Source: a virus
Taxonomy: Duplodnaviria; Caudoviricetes
Reading direction: 5' to 3' (one strand)
Length of the DNA stretch: 52,228 nucleotides
IMG/VR virus record: IMGVR_UViG_3300036852_000313
Coordinates: 1-52,228 of that record
A program made the translations under genes and the position numbers. Shown piece by piece: positions 44,342-52,228 of this stretch. How positions within the stretch are numbered: the stretch's first letter is position 1; each line of letters begins with the position of its first letter. Under the pieces are notes generated by a model, which did no database searches, had not been told where the DNA came from, and worked only from the letters and a program-made list of their open reading frames with translations.

Positions 44342-46590
44342 GCAATCCAATTCCGACCGATTCGACAGGGCTTGGACTGGTACCTGCAGCACCGTTGCCC
44401 AACGCCGTGCGGCCCCCGGCGCGCCCGCGCTTCGCGGGCCGTGCCGCCTCGCCGTTTTATCTGCGCTATCTTGACACGCAAGTCAAAAGCATTCGGCTGC
44501 ACGGCGGTGATGACGCCGCCGTGAACCAGTTCCTCGACATGGAGGAACGAAAGCCGCTTACGGCGCTGCCGCCGGTCAACGTCAACGCGACGCCCGACGA
44601 GGTTGCACGCGCCACGCTCTTGCCCAGCCATTTGCAGGGCGTCAGCATGGCGCTGCTTCAAGGCGCAACATTTGGCTGGGGCGACGAGACCATCATTCCG
44701 CTACTACACGCGCTCAGTGGGCAAGGTGCGCGCGAAAGCACAGAAGAGTTTCGTAAGGAGTATGCGGCGTGGGCATCGCTCCACGGCAAGGAGAACTTTG
44801 TGGCGCAACTCGCCGGAGGCGCGCTGACCGCAGGCATAGGCGCGGGTGCTGCTGCAGGTGGAGGCATTCTGCGTGGCGCCGCAACCGCTGCAAGCTTTGG
44901 TGCGGTCGCTGGCGCAGGAAGCACAGACGGCGAACTTGGTGATCGTGCGTGGGGTGCGCTTACAGGCGCTGGGCTCGGCGCGGCAGGTGGTTTGGTGCTT
45001 GGTGGCGCGGGACGCTTCGTCGCGGCACCCGTTGCGCGCGCATTAGCGCGCACGACGCTCGGTGGCGCCACTATCAGTGCGGTCGAGCGCACAACGCGCT
45101 TCGTTACGCGCCGTGAGCTTGTCAGTGTCACACCGCAAGCGCGCGCCCGCGAGGAGCTTGTACAGCGCCTAATTGCAGACGGCATCACGACGCCTGAGCA
45201 ACTTGCGGCGCGCGTCGCTACGCTTCAGGCGCAAGGCATTTTGCCGACTGTGCTTACCGTAGGCGGCGATGCCACAGCCGATCTTGCTGGAGCCGCATAC
45301 AAAATGCGCTCTCCCAAGACAACCGCATCGCTCGAAAAGCTCAAGCAGCTTCGTGGGCAGCAGCCTGATCGCATTATTGCTGCATTCTTGCAGCACGCTG
45401 TGCAGCCACAGCGCCTTGGGCTCGCGAATATATACGATGTCGAAGATATGCTACACAAAACCGCGATCAGCGCAGCGCAGCCACACTACGACGAAGCATT
45501 TGAGAAAGTCGTGCAGCTTACTCCACGTCTGTCACGCCTCTTGCGCCACCCCGCGCTGCGTGCGGCGTATCAACGCGGTGCGCGGGATGTGCGCGACGAG
45601 GCACTAGCCGGTACAGGGCATGGCCTGCCTGTGCCTGGGCTCGCGCGCGGCAAAGCTTTTCAGCAGGCGCGCGCAATGGGTATGTCGCCAGAGCGCGCGC
45701 GTGAGTTTGCACGGCTTGCGGGCGAGGCGCCGCCACCCACTGAGCTGCCTGTACGTGGCATCGACGGCATGAAGCGCGAACTCGACGCGATCATCGAAGA
45801 AAAGCTACTCGCTAAGAACCCGAATTTGTCGCCTAGCGCGCTCCAGCGCCTCAAAGCCAAAAAAGGTCGCACGCTGTTCGCCATGCGCGACGAAATTATC
45901 GCGGAGGCGCGCACGCAGGTTCCTGCATATGACCGCGCCCTGACCACATACGAAGGCCCTGAGTCAGCGCGCGAATCCGTGCAGCTTGGCGCAAAGATGT
46001 GGCGTATGACGCCGCAAGCTATTACACGACACATGACGGAATTGAGTCTAGCAAACCGCGATTTCGCGCGCATTGGCTACGCGCGCGAAGCGTATACGCG
46101 CATGATTAGCGCGAAGCCAGCAAGTGCAGCGCGGCGCATGGGCGGTCGCCTATTCGGTGAGCCGTCCGCGCGTGATGCACAGGTGCGCGCGATGTTCTAT
46201 GGCGCCGTTGGACCTGCCGAGCGCTTTTCGCGCTTGGTCGCTGGCCAAGCACTCGTCAGTGATCGCACCGGGCAAGTCGTCCGGCTCGCACGGAATATCA
46301 CTACTCAGCCGTTCAAAGAGCTGAGCGAAGGGAGCCTGCCCAGCGTGCGCGGTACTCCGGCAGTTGCCGCCGCAAGCGCTTTGCGCACGACTGCACAAAG
46401 CGCGCTGCGCATGTCGCAACAAGAAGCTGATGAGCTGACTCACCTGTTCATGAAGGGTGCGACCGACCCCGCTGATTTGACGGTGTTGATGCACGATCTG
46501 TTCTACACGTATCGGGGTGTGGCAGCGCGCCCGCTAATCAAGCGTGTTAGTGCGCGCTTGCTTGGTCAGCAAGTCGGTCTGGCGCAGTAG
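44338..46590 (+). CDS. Putative DNA ejection protein 3 (large internal virion protein)
   Basis: QGATFGWGDE motif, Gly/Ala hydrophobic stretch, 750 aa. Confidence 0.7.
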   Translation: MSNPIPTDSTGLGLVPAAPLPNAVRPPARPRFAGRAASPFYLRYLDTQVKSIRLHGGDDAAVNQFLDMEERKPLTALPPVNVNATPDEVARATLLPSHLQGVSMALLQGATFGWGDETIIPLLHALSGQGARESTEEFRKEYAAWASLHGKENFVAQLAGGALTAGIGAGAAAGGGILRGAATAASFGAVAGAGSTDGELGDRAWGALTGAGLGAAGGLVLGGAGRFVAAPVARALARTTLGGATISAVERTTRFVTRRELVSVTPQARAREELVQRLIADGITTPEQLAARVATLQAQGILPTVLTVGGDATADLAGAAYKMRSPKTTASLEKLKQLRGQQPDRIIAAFLQHAVQPQRLGLANIYDVEDMLHKTAISAAQPHYDEAFEKVVQLTPRLSRLLRHPALRAAYQRGARDVRDEALAGTGHGLPVPGLARGKAFQQARAMGMSPERAREFARLAGEAPPPTELPVRGIDGMKRELDAIIEEKLLAKNPNLSPSALQRLKAKKGRTLFAMRDEIIAEARTQVPAYDRALTTYEGPESARESVQLGAKMWRMTPQAITRHMTELSLANRDFARIGYAREAYTRMISAKPASAARRMGGRLFGEPSARDAQVRAMFYGAVGPAERFSRLVAGQALVSDRTGQVVRLARNITTQPFKELSEGSLPSVRGTPAVAAASALRTTAQSALRMSQQEADELTHLFMKGATDPADLTVLMHDLFYTYRGVAARPLIKRVSARLLGQQVGLAQ

Positions 46591-46786
46591 CACGCGCAAA
46601 GTGCCAGCCGAGACAAAATGGGCACGGATAGCTCCGTAAGCTACCTGGCTCACCGTAACGCGCCTCTATGTCGTGACGTGCTTTCTCTGCACGGTCACTG
46701 TTGCTGAAGCGCACCTTGCCGTCGCACGCGCGTTCTCGCGTTAGCGTGCCCGCTGCAATGGCGGCGCGTATTCCTTCGGCGCTCAT
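46547..46786 (-). CDS. Small phage protein with YPCPFC.GWH motif
   Basis: CDGKVRF...YPCPFCLGWHF. Confidence 0.65.
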   Translation of the reverse strand: MSAEGIRAAIAAGTLTRERACDGKVRFSNSDRAEKARHDIEARYGEPGSLRSYPCPFCLGWHFARATAPDRLADQASAH

Positions 46787-46968
46787 CTTGCTGTCGTGCG
46801 AGACACCGCGCGTAAAATCACAAAGCGCAGTTCGCCACAGCGACGGCAGGCTCGCGTACCAACGCCAGAATCGGTTGTGCGCTTCGCGCGCTTCCACTGA
46901 TGCCCACCAAGCGCACAGCGTAAACGCCCAAGTACAACCGCCACAACTCGCGCAATTTGCTGCGTCAT
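46783..46968 (-). CDS. Small Cys/His protein
   Basis: LRCALGGHQW...CRRCG. Confidence 0.55.
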   Translation of the reverse strand: MTQQIARVVAVVLGRLRCALGGHQWKRAKRTTDSGVGTRACRRCGELRFVILRAVSRTTAR

Positions 46969-47363
46969 GCGTTCTCCTCTGAAAGAATTGCCAGCACTGC
47001 GTCCTGATGCACGTACCATTCCAAGCGCTCTGGCTCTGGGCCAGCGACAAAGCTGCGTGGCGTCACAAGCAGCCAGTCACCGACGTGCACCTTGCAGGGA
47101 TGCACACGCGTATGCGCATCTTCCCACTCGTGGGCGCGCATACAATCTTCGTTGTCTGCATCGCGCTCATCGCACAGCGGGCGATTTCCGACCGCGAGCA
47201 CTTCGCATTGATTTGCGGTCATGCGCTCGCGCGCGTCGTGCGTTAGCAGAATGCGCCCGCCAGGTAGCGTTTCATCAGTTTCGACAGGGCGCACAAGTAG
47301 TAAGCCGCGCGCTGGTCGCGTCGCCGCCGATCCAGCGCACGCTGAATAGGCTCCGTCAACCAT
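46965..47363 (-). CDS. groES: GroES-like co-chaperonin 1 (in frame with an upstream extension to 47651)
   Basis: RPARGLLLVRPVETDETLPGGRILL...EVLAVG...VHVGDWLL...VHQDAVLAIL; GGAG before ATG 47363. Confidence 0.75.
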   Translation of the reverse strand: MVDGAYSACAGSAATRPARGLLLVRPVETDETLPGGRILLTHDARERMTANQCEVLAVGNRPLCDERDADNEDCMRAHEWEDAHTRVHPCKVHVGDWLLVTPRSFVAGPEPERLEWYVHQDAVLAILSEENA

Positions 47364-47651
47364 TCTTTTCTCCATTTGTGGCTTCACGTCGTCTACCCAA
47401 AGCTCGACGCTCACCCGTCTCAGATGCTCAGGCAGTTCCGAGTAGAAAGCATACTGCCCCGGCTCGTGATGGCAGTCGTGCGTCGTCACCTTCGAGAAGC
47501 AGTCTACGGAGTCCGGTTGCACCCACGTACCAATGCGCCAACGCTCCACGATCTGCGCTTTCTCGAACGACCAGCACCGCTTCACGCCAAGCGGGTTCTT
47601 GTCGTTATAGAAATCGTCGCGGCACCCGAGACAGTGCTTGAGGTCAGGCAT
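47364..47651 (-). CDS. Cys/His-rich domain read in frame into GroES 1
   Basis: MPDLKHCLGCRDDFYN...KRCWSF...HDCHH; no stop before GroES. Confidence 0.55.
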
Positions 47652-48072
47652 CGGAAGGCCCCTGTCCTGTTGGTGAGGGGCAATCGTGACGAGTCGCGAC
47701 AAAGGACAGTTCGCCGTGCTCGCGTTCTTCGATCTGGAGGGTGATGGGCCGCGACGACTCCGCCCGTAATTGCTCGACCATCTCGGCCGCAATGCGGACG
47801 AATCGCACATGCTCGGGCGGCTCCGGCGTCGAGCGGGAGGCGGCGCGACGGAGCTTCGAGACAGCGTTGCCGAAATCGACGCTATTGAAGCTGGGCGGAT
47901 TGGAGAAAAAGAAGCCTTCACGAGTCAGCCCCATGCGAAGCAGAGCGGTCGCTTCGCGTCGCGTCAGAACGCATGTCACTCTCGGCTCGTCCCCAGCTTC
48001 GGCTGCTTTGATTTGGTCGCGCGACGGGTTGAAGCGCCCGCCATGCGCATTGTCGCGCTCGAAGTTGCTCAC
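47644..48072 (-). CDS. Hypothetical protein
   Basis: GTG start overlapping upstream TGA. Confidence 0.55.
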   Translation of the reverse strand: MSNFERDNAHGGRFNPSRDQIKAAEAGDEPRVTCVLTRREATALLRMGLTREGFFFSNPPSFNSVDFGNAVSKLRRAASRSTPEPPEHVRFVRIAAEMVEQLRAESSRPITLQIEEREHGELSFVATRHDCPSPTGQGPSDA

Positions 48073-48236
48073 GTTAGGAACCTCACTTCGGCGCGGCCAC
48101 AGCGACCGCAGATGGGGATGGATTGAATGCTGGCAGCGCGATACCAGTGCTTGCCGCGAACGAGGCAGAGCCACGGCCAAGGCCGCGTCAACACGAAGTG
48201 GTGCCACCACTGGCGACACCACTGGCGCCACGTCAT
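48069..48236 (-). CDS. Small Trp/Cys-rich protein
   Basis: LCLVRGKHW...CGRCG. Confidence 0.5.
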   Translation of the reverse strand: MTWRQWCRQWWHHFVLTRPWPWLCLVRGKHWYRAASIQSIPICGRCGRAEVRFLT

Positions 48237-48598
48237 GCTCTGCCTCCAGTCGGTGACCGACGACGCCGTATCTGCGTCCTTCCTCCGACCGGAATGACGG
48301 TGATCGCGTCCACTTCCCAGCCGCACGCCCAGAGAAGCGCGCCGAACGATTTGACTGTCATGTTGCGCGACCCGTTGAGTAGCTGGCTCACGTTCCCCTT
48401 CGTTGTGCCGAGCAGCTCAGCGACTTCTTTTCGCGTCATACCACACGCGTCGATTGCCGCAGCGGCGAAGGACACCAGGTGCGAGATGGCCCCTTCTTCC
48501 GCGTAGCTGCGAAGTGACGTGCCGGGCAGCAGTTGTCGGGCAATCCAGTGCCGACGGGGGAGGTCGTCGCTGAACCGAACGAGCTTGCGCGCCTTCAT
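48233..48598 (-). CDS. XRE-family HTH regulator
   Basis: GMTRKEVAELLGTTKGNVSQLLNGSRNMTVKS. Confidence 0.85.
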   Translation of the reverse strand: MKARKLVRFSDDLPRRHWIARQLLPGTSLRSYAEEGAISHLVSFAAAAIDACGMTRKEVAELLGTTKGNVSQLLNGSRNMTVKSFGALLWACGWEVDAITVIPVGGRTQIRRRRSPTGGRA

Positions 48599-48795
48599 GT
48601 GGCACCCTTCTTGGCGCACTTTGTGTTGTCGATGCCCGAGATAAAAACTTCCGCGCCGCAGCCCATACACGGCCAGCGCCATTCGGTGATCTGTGAGCCG
48701 CCTTCCGTTTCTTCGCGGTAGACGCGGTACGCTGCTGGCGATGCCAGGCAACGGGGGCAGAACGGAACGCGAGCGGTTTCGCTTGAGGCGCTCAT
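48595..48795 (-). CDS. Zn-ribbon protein
   Basis: FCPRC...CMGCG. Confidence 0.55.
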   Translation of the reverse strand: MSASSETARVPFCPRCLASPAAYRVYREETEGGSQITEWRWPCMGCGAEVFISGIDNTKCAKKGAT

Positions 48796-49139
48796 TTCGC
48801 ATCCTCCGAGGAAGGGCCACGTCCCGCTGATTGCGAAACAGGTCTGGCGAGAAGCCTGCCTGTGCCGTTGCACAGAGTGCATGTCACTCGGTGGCTGGGG
48901 GCAAGCGCGTGGTCGTGATACCAACCATCGCCGCCGCAAAGCGAGCACTCGACCTCTTTGAATGCCTGCGCTTCCGCGTCGAGGGACTCGGCGGCGCGTT
49001 CGAGCTGCTCGGGATCGTCGCCGATGTCGTTGGCGTGCAGCGTTTCGCCGTGGCGCATTGCGCTGCGGTAACCGCGATATAGCTCCGCGATACGGCGGAT
49101 CGTCTTGATGGCGTCGGATGGGTTCATGCTGTCAGTCAT
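48792..49139 (-). CDS. Protein with DnaJ-type CxxCxGxG Zn finger
   Basis: CSLCGGDG...CTLCNGTG. Confidence 0.65.
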   Translation of the reverse strand: MTDSMNPSDAIKTIRRIAELYRGYRSAMRHGETLHANDIGDDPEQLERAAESLDAEAQAFKEVECSLCGGDGWYHDHALAPSHRVTCTLCNGTGRLLARPVSQSAGRGPSSEDAK

Positions 49140-50137
49140 TTCGCGTCCTCACGCCCTGTTGGTGTGGGAACGAAGCGCTGCGAATCCCGCCACGGATCGT
49201 TGTCGCGGTGGGCATTCACAAAGGCGCGGATTCTCGCGGCCAGCCCTAGGTCGCCTGCAGCGTAGTAGGCCATCGCCTCCGCTTCCATCAGCAAAGACTC
49301 GACATCATCGGGCAAGGCGGTCGGCTCCGGCGTCGAGCGGGAGGCGAGCCATCTGTCACAGAGTTCCGCGAGCATTTCGCCATTATCTCCGTCGCCACCA
49401 AACTTCCAATCGAAAGCATCCTCGGTGTCGAGTGCCGCCAACTCCTTCGCCATCTTATGACCATCGAGTGGGGCCGAGCGGTCGGCGGCGGCGATAGCAT
49501 CCCAAACACGTTCTGCCATGTCGGAGTTACGTAGTTGCGCGTCCCCGACTTCCGGCGCGCGGAGGGCGGCGAGACGAGCATCGCAGATCCATTCGCGCAC
49601 GGCTGCTGGATCGCGGGTGCCCAACTCGCTGTAGACCACATCGCCCAACCGTTGAAGCATCGTGTCGCTACTGAAGCGCCGCGCGTCCGTGACTTCGGGA
49701 CGGTGTAGGGTAGTCTGCGGGTCTCTTTTTGCAGCGAGAGCGCGATTCAGATCATCGGCGGTAATCGTGATCGTCGCGTTTTCTATTCCATCCCCGAAGG
49801 TCCCCGACTCGGAATAAAGCTTTTCCGCCATGTCCGGAACCCACTGACGGCGGTGCTCGTATTTGTCGAGCCGTTCCACCACGAACTGCTTTTGCGCGAT
49901 GAGTTCGCGGATTCCCGCTCGCGCGTTGTCTCGTTCTTCTAGCGCCGTCATAGCTGTGACGAGCAGGCGAGCAATGGCACACGGCCACTGTACGAGGTAG
50001 CAACCCTCGCCGCAGATGTGGTCCTTATCCGGCATATTCCGAAGGCGCTGCATCTCGGCCAGCCGATCCATCTCGTCCCTCGTCATCGGCGCTTTGGGCG
50101 CCCGCGTTACAGGCTCCGGCCCTTTGTGGTCGGTCAT
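49136..50137 (-). CDS. Mosaic hypothetical protein
   Basis: 333 aa; WPCAIARL and WKFGGDGDNGEML modules. Confidence 0.65.
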   Translation of the reverse strand: MTDHKGPEPVTRAPKAPMTRDEMDRLAEMQRLRNMPDKDHICGEGCYLVQWPCAIARLLVTAMTALEERDNARAGIRELIAQKQFVVERLDKYEHRRQWVPDMAEKLYSESGTFGDGIENATITITADDLNRALAAKRDPQTTLHRPEVTDARRFSSDTMLQRLGDVVYSELGTRDPAAVREWICDARLAALRAPEVGDAQLRNSDMAERVWDAIAAADRSAPLDGHKMAKELAALDTEDAFDWKFGGDGDNGEMLAELCDRWLASRSTPEPTALPDDVESLLMEAEAMAYYAAGDLGLAARIRAFVNAHRDNDPWRDSQRFVPTPTGREDAK

Positions 50138-50391
50138 GCGTCCTCCAAGTATGCCAGCACCGCGCTTTCCTGAAGCATCACTTGCCCAGCAATTTCGATA
50201 CCCTGCAGCCGACTGACTACAACGTGCGCGCCGACGCGCGTCTCGCGCACATCCGGCCCAATCGCGAGCACAACGGCGTGACAACTTGGCTCACGCTCCA
50301 AGCGCGCCACGACGATGCCGCTCGCGCGTGCTGGCTCTGGCGCATCCTCCAGCTTGACAAGGATCATGTTGCGCAAAGGAGCGATGTTCAT
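50134..50391 (-). CDS. groES: GroES-like co-chaperonin 2
   Basis: MNIAPLRNMILVK...SGIVV...AVVLAIGPDV...VGAHV...MLQESAVLAYL. Confidence 0.8.
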   Translation of the reverse strand: MNIAPLRNMILVKLEDAPEPARASGIVVARLEREPSCHAVVLAIGPDVRETRVGAHVVVSRLQGIEIAGQVMLQESAVLAYLEDA

Positions 50392-50395
50392 AAAT

Positions 50396-50635
50396 CTAGA
50401 ATCTCGTGAGATGAGCCTGAGCGCGCAATTCGTCTGACGCTTTGTCAAACGCAGCCCTTGGCGAAAGTCCTGCACGGATATAAGGCGCCGCCAAACGCTG
50501 TATGCGGCGCTTATCTGCGCGTGCTTGCCGTGCTTCCCATGTCCACATCCTCCATATCCTCTCAGCGCCCAATATAGCACTGATAGCTATACCAAACGCC
50601 ATTCCTACAACAAAAAAGCTGCCGTTAGCACACAT
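50396..50635 (-). CDS. Small membrane protein
   Basis: N-terminal TM helix. Confidence 0.5.
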   Translation of the reverse strand: MCANGSFFVVGMAFGIAISAILGAERIWRMWTWEARQARADKRRIQRLAAPYIRAGLSPRAAFDKASDELRAQAHLTRF

Positions 50636-50900
50636 TGGTCTGCTTCTCGGCGTGGCGCGCATCCCATACAGCAGTTGCACGCCGCCACGCTTCTTCTGGC
50701 GTATCGCCTGTTTCATCACCTACCGACCAATGCCCACCACGGTAATACAGACTCCACCTACGCACAAGCAGTGTCGCAAAAATGTCGACATCCGGATCAA
50801 CAGCGCGACTAAGCTTGTCGAAGTCGTCTAGCGTTTGATGCATAACGCCTACAGCGATAAGCGCCACAAGCACTGCAAAAATAGTTATTATCACTAACAT
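50625..50900 (-). CDS. Small membrane-anchored protein
   Basis: N-terminal TM; GDTPEEA motif. Confidence 0.55.
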   Translation of the reverse strand: MLVIITIFAVLVALIAVGVMHQTLDDFDKLSRAVDPDVDIFATLLVRRWSLYYRGGHWSVGDETGDTPEEAWRRATAVWDARHAEKQTNVC

Positions 50901-52228
50901 GTTTGCGCCTCCGCGCGTACCGCCCAGCTCTCCAACACCTTCACATCCACCGGCACCGTCAAGCGTATCCCGTGCACTTCGATTTCCTCCGTGAGGCACC
51001 GCCGTACAAGCGTAGCGCAGAGTTGCGCCTGCTCGCGTCGCGCCTGGATTAGCAAGCTATCGTAGACTTGTGCAAGCAGCAGGCCAACATGCCCGTCATG
51101 CTGCCGCCACCAGCGCAGCAAGCCGCGATTCAGCAAGTCCGCAATCGTGCTTTGCGGCTCATGCGCAATCGCTTCGCGATGCGTCTCGCCCAGCCGCACG
51201 CCCCGATTCCGTCCGTAGAACGTACGACGTCTGCTAAAGCATGTTGTCAATGTACCAGTGCGCACAAGCTCGCCGAGCAACGCGTCCCACCAACGCGGCA
51301 GAGACGGATGTACGCGATTGACGTATCTTGTGCAAAGCAGCTTCGCCTCACGCGCGGTAATCGCTACGCCCGTGCGATCCGCCACCGCATTCACGTTTTC
51401 CATGAAAGTTTTCCACTGCATACCATAGTTAAGCGCAAATCCAGCGGTTTTCGCTTTCATGTATTCCTGCTCGGTGACCTCTGCTTCGGCCAGCCCAAAC
51501 AGTTGCATCGCGTGCCAGCGATGGATTTTGGGCACCGTGCGCAGCATGTGCAGCCATTCCTCATCCTGCGCACATGCAGCAGCAATCCACATTTCCGCGC
51601 CGCTGTAGTCGGCCTCGACAAACACGCACCCAGGGTCCGGTATAAAGCATCGCCTCACATCGAACATCGGCTCCGTGGCCTCGCGCTTCGGCATGTTACT
51701 GAGATTCGTTGAGCGCACCAAAAAGGTTTCAGAGCTGGCGAAGCGTCCTGTTTCTGTGCCTGCCGGGTTATACACTGTGCGAATGCGTCCGTCGTCGCCC
51801 GGCGCGATGCGCTCCAAGATGCTTGCGATGGTGTCGAGTTTGCCGAGGCGCAACAGGCTTTGGATCAGCTCACGCGCTTCGGGCTTACCGCCGCATTCCG
51901 CAAGCAATGACTTGAGCGCACGCTCGTCGGTTGTCAGCTTGCCATCTTTCGTACGCGCGGGCAGACGAAGTAGCTCGTAGAGCACGACGCTGAGCTGCGC
52001 AGGTGACGCTACATTAAACACGAGGGATTCTGAGGCACCTACGCCGCCACATTTCGTGCATGACGTAAGCTGTGGCGATTCTAGTGGTTCGCTGCCCACC
52101 AGCGTACATGAAGTATGTCGTGACACTACGCTGTCTTGCCAATCTTTAAACTGCTTCTTGCTTGGCTTCTCCGCGAAGCCCGCGCAACTCCAGCACGCCG
52201 CGCGCTTCGCCTTACCGTTTCGGCAGCA
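50894..52228 (-). CDS. polA: Family A DNA polymerase, polymerase subunit (continuation of 475..230; ~526 aa total)
   Basis: FNVASPAQL, TETGRFASS, ADYSGAE (motif A), KTAGFALNYG (motif B), QVYDSL (motif C). Confidence 0.92.
   Translation of the reverse strand, partial: CCRNGKAKRAACWSCAGFAEKPSKKQFKDWQDSVVSRHTSCTLVGSEPLESPQLTSCTKCGGVGASESLVFNVASPAQLSVVLYELLRLPARTKDGKLTTDERALKSLLAECGGKPEARELIQSLLRLGKLDTIASILERIAPGDDGRIRTVYNPAGTETGRFASSETFLVRSTNLSNMPKREATEPMFDVRRCFIPDPGCVFVEADYSGAEMWIAAACAQDEEWLHMLRTVPKIHRWHAMQLFGLAEAEVTEQEYMKAKTAGFALNYGMQWKTFMENVNAVADRTGVAITAREAKLLCTRYVNRVHPSLPRWWDALLGELVRTGTLTTCFSRRRTFYGRNRGVRLGETHREAIAHEPQSTIADLLNRGLLRWWRQHDGHVGLLLAQVYDSLLIQARREQAQLCATLVRRCLTEEIEVHGIRLTVPVDVKVLESWAVRAEAQTC

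Noticed and set aside
52152-52228. Physical direct terminal repeat
   Set aside because: Exactly 77 nt, inside a coding sequence, and matching 153..229 rather than position 1; best explained as assembly overlap

Overview
Apparently complete, circularly assembled ~52.0 kb GC-rich tailed-phage genome (unit ~153..52151). The last 77 nt repeat 153..229, and 1..152 is a divergent second allele of part of the polymerase gene. The virion module is podovirus-like (terminase, portal, scaffold, gpT-like capsid, duplicated head-tail adaptor, P22 gp10-like protein, GNAT, three ejection proteins; no tape measure). The minus strand carries replication/early genes: a PolA split into a UDG+3'-5' exonuclease gene and a polymerase gene with an unrelated ORF between them, a Sak4-like ATPase, a PD-(D/E)XK nuclease, an AAA_25 helicase, two GroES paralogs, WecB and an M15 endolysin. 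The plus strand also carries a glycosylation cluster (4 GT-A glycosyltransferases, one fused to a trigger-factor-like FKBP domain; C-methyltransferase; NDP-sugar dehydratase; methyltransferase). The most striking element is an RNA-level control system in the early region (7.3-9.9 kb). Seven copies of a hairpin that buries the Shine-Dalgarno sequence precede small genes. Two covarying type II hammerhead ribozymes are interleaved and would excise an 847-nt three-gene RNA with ends suitable for circularisation. A tRNA-like RNA lies at 2021..2103. All calls are by-eye motif recognition; no database searches or folding programs were run.
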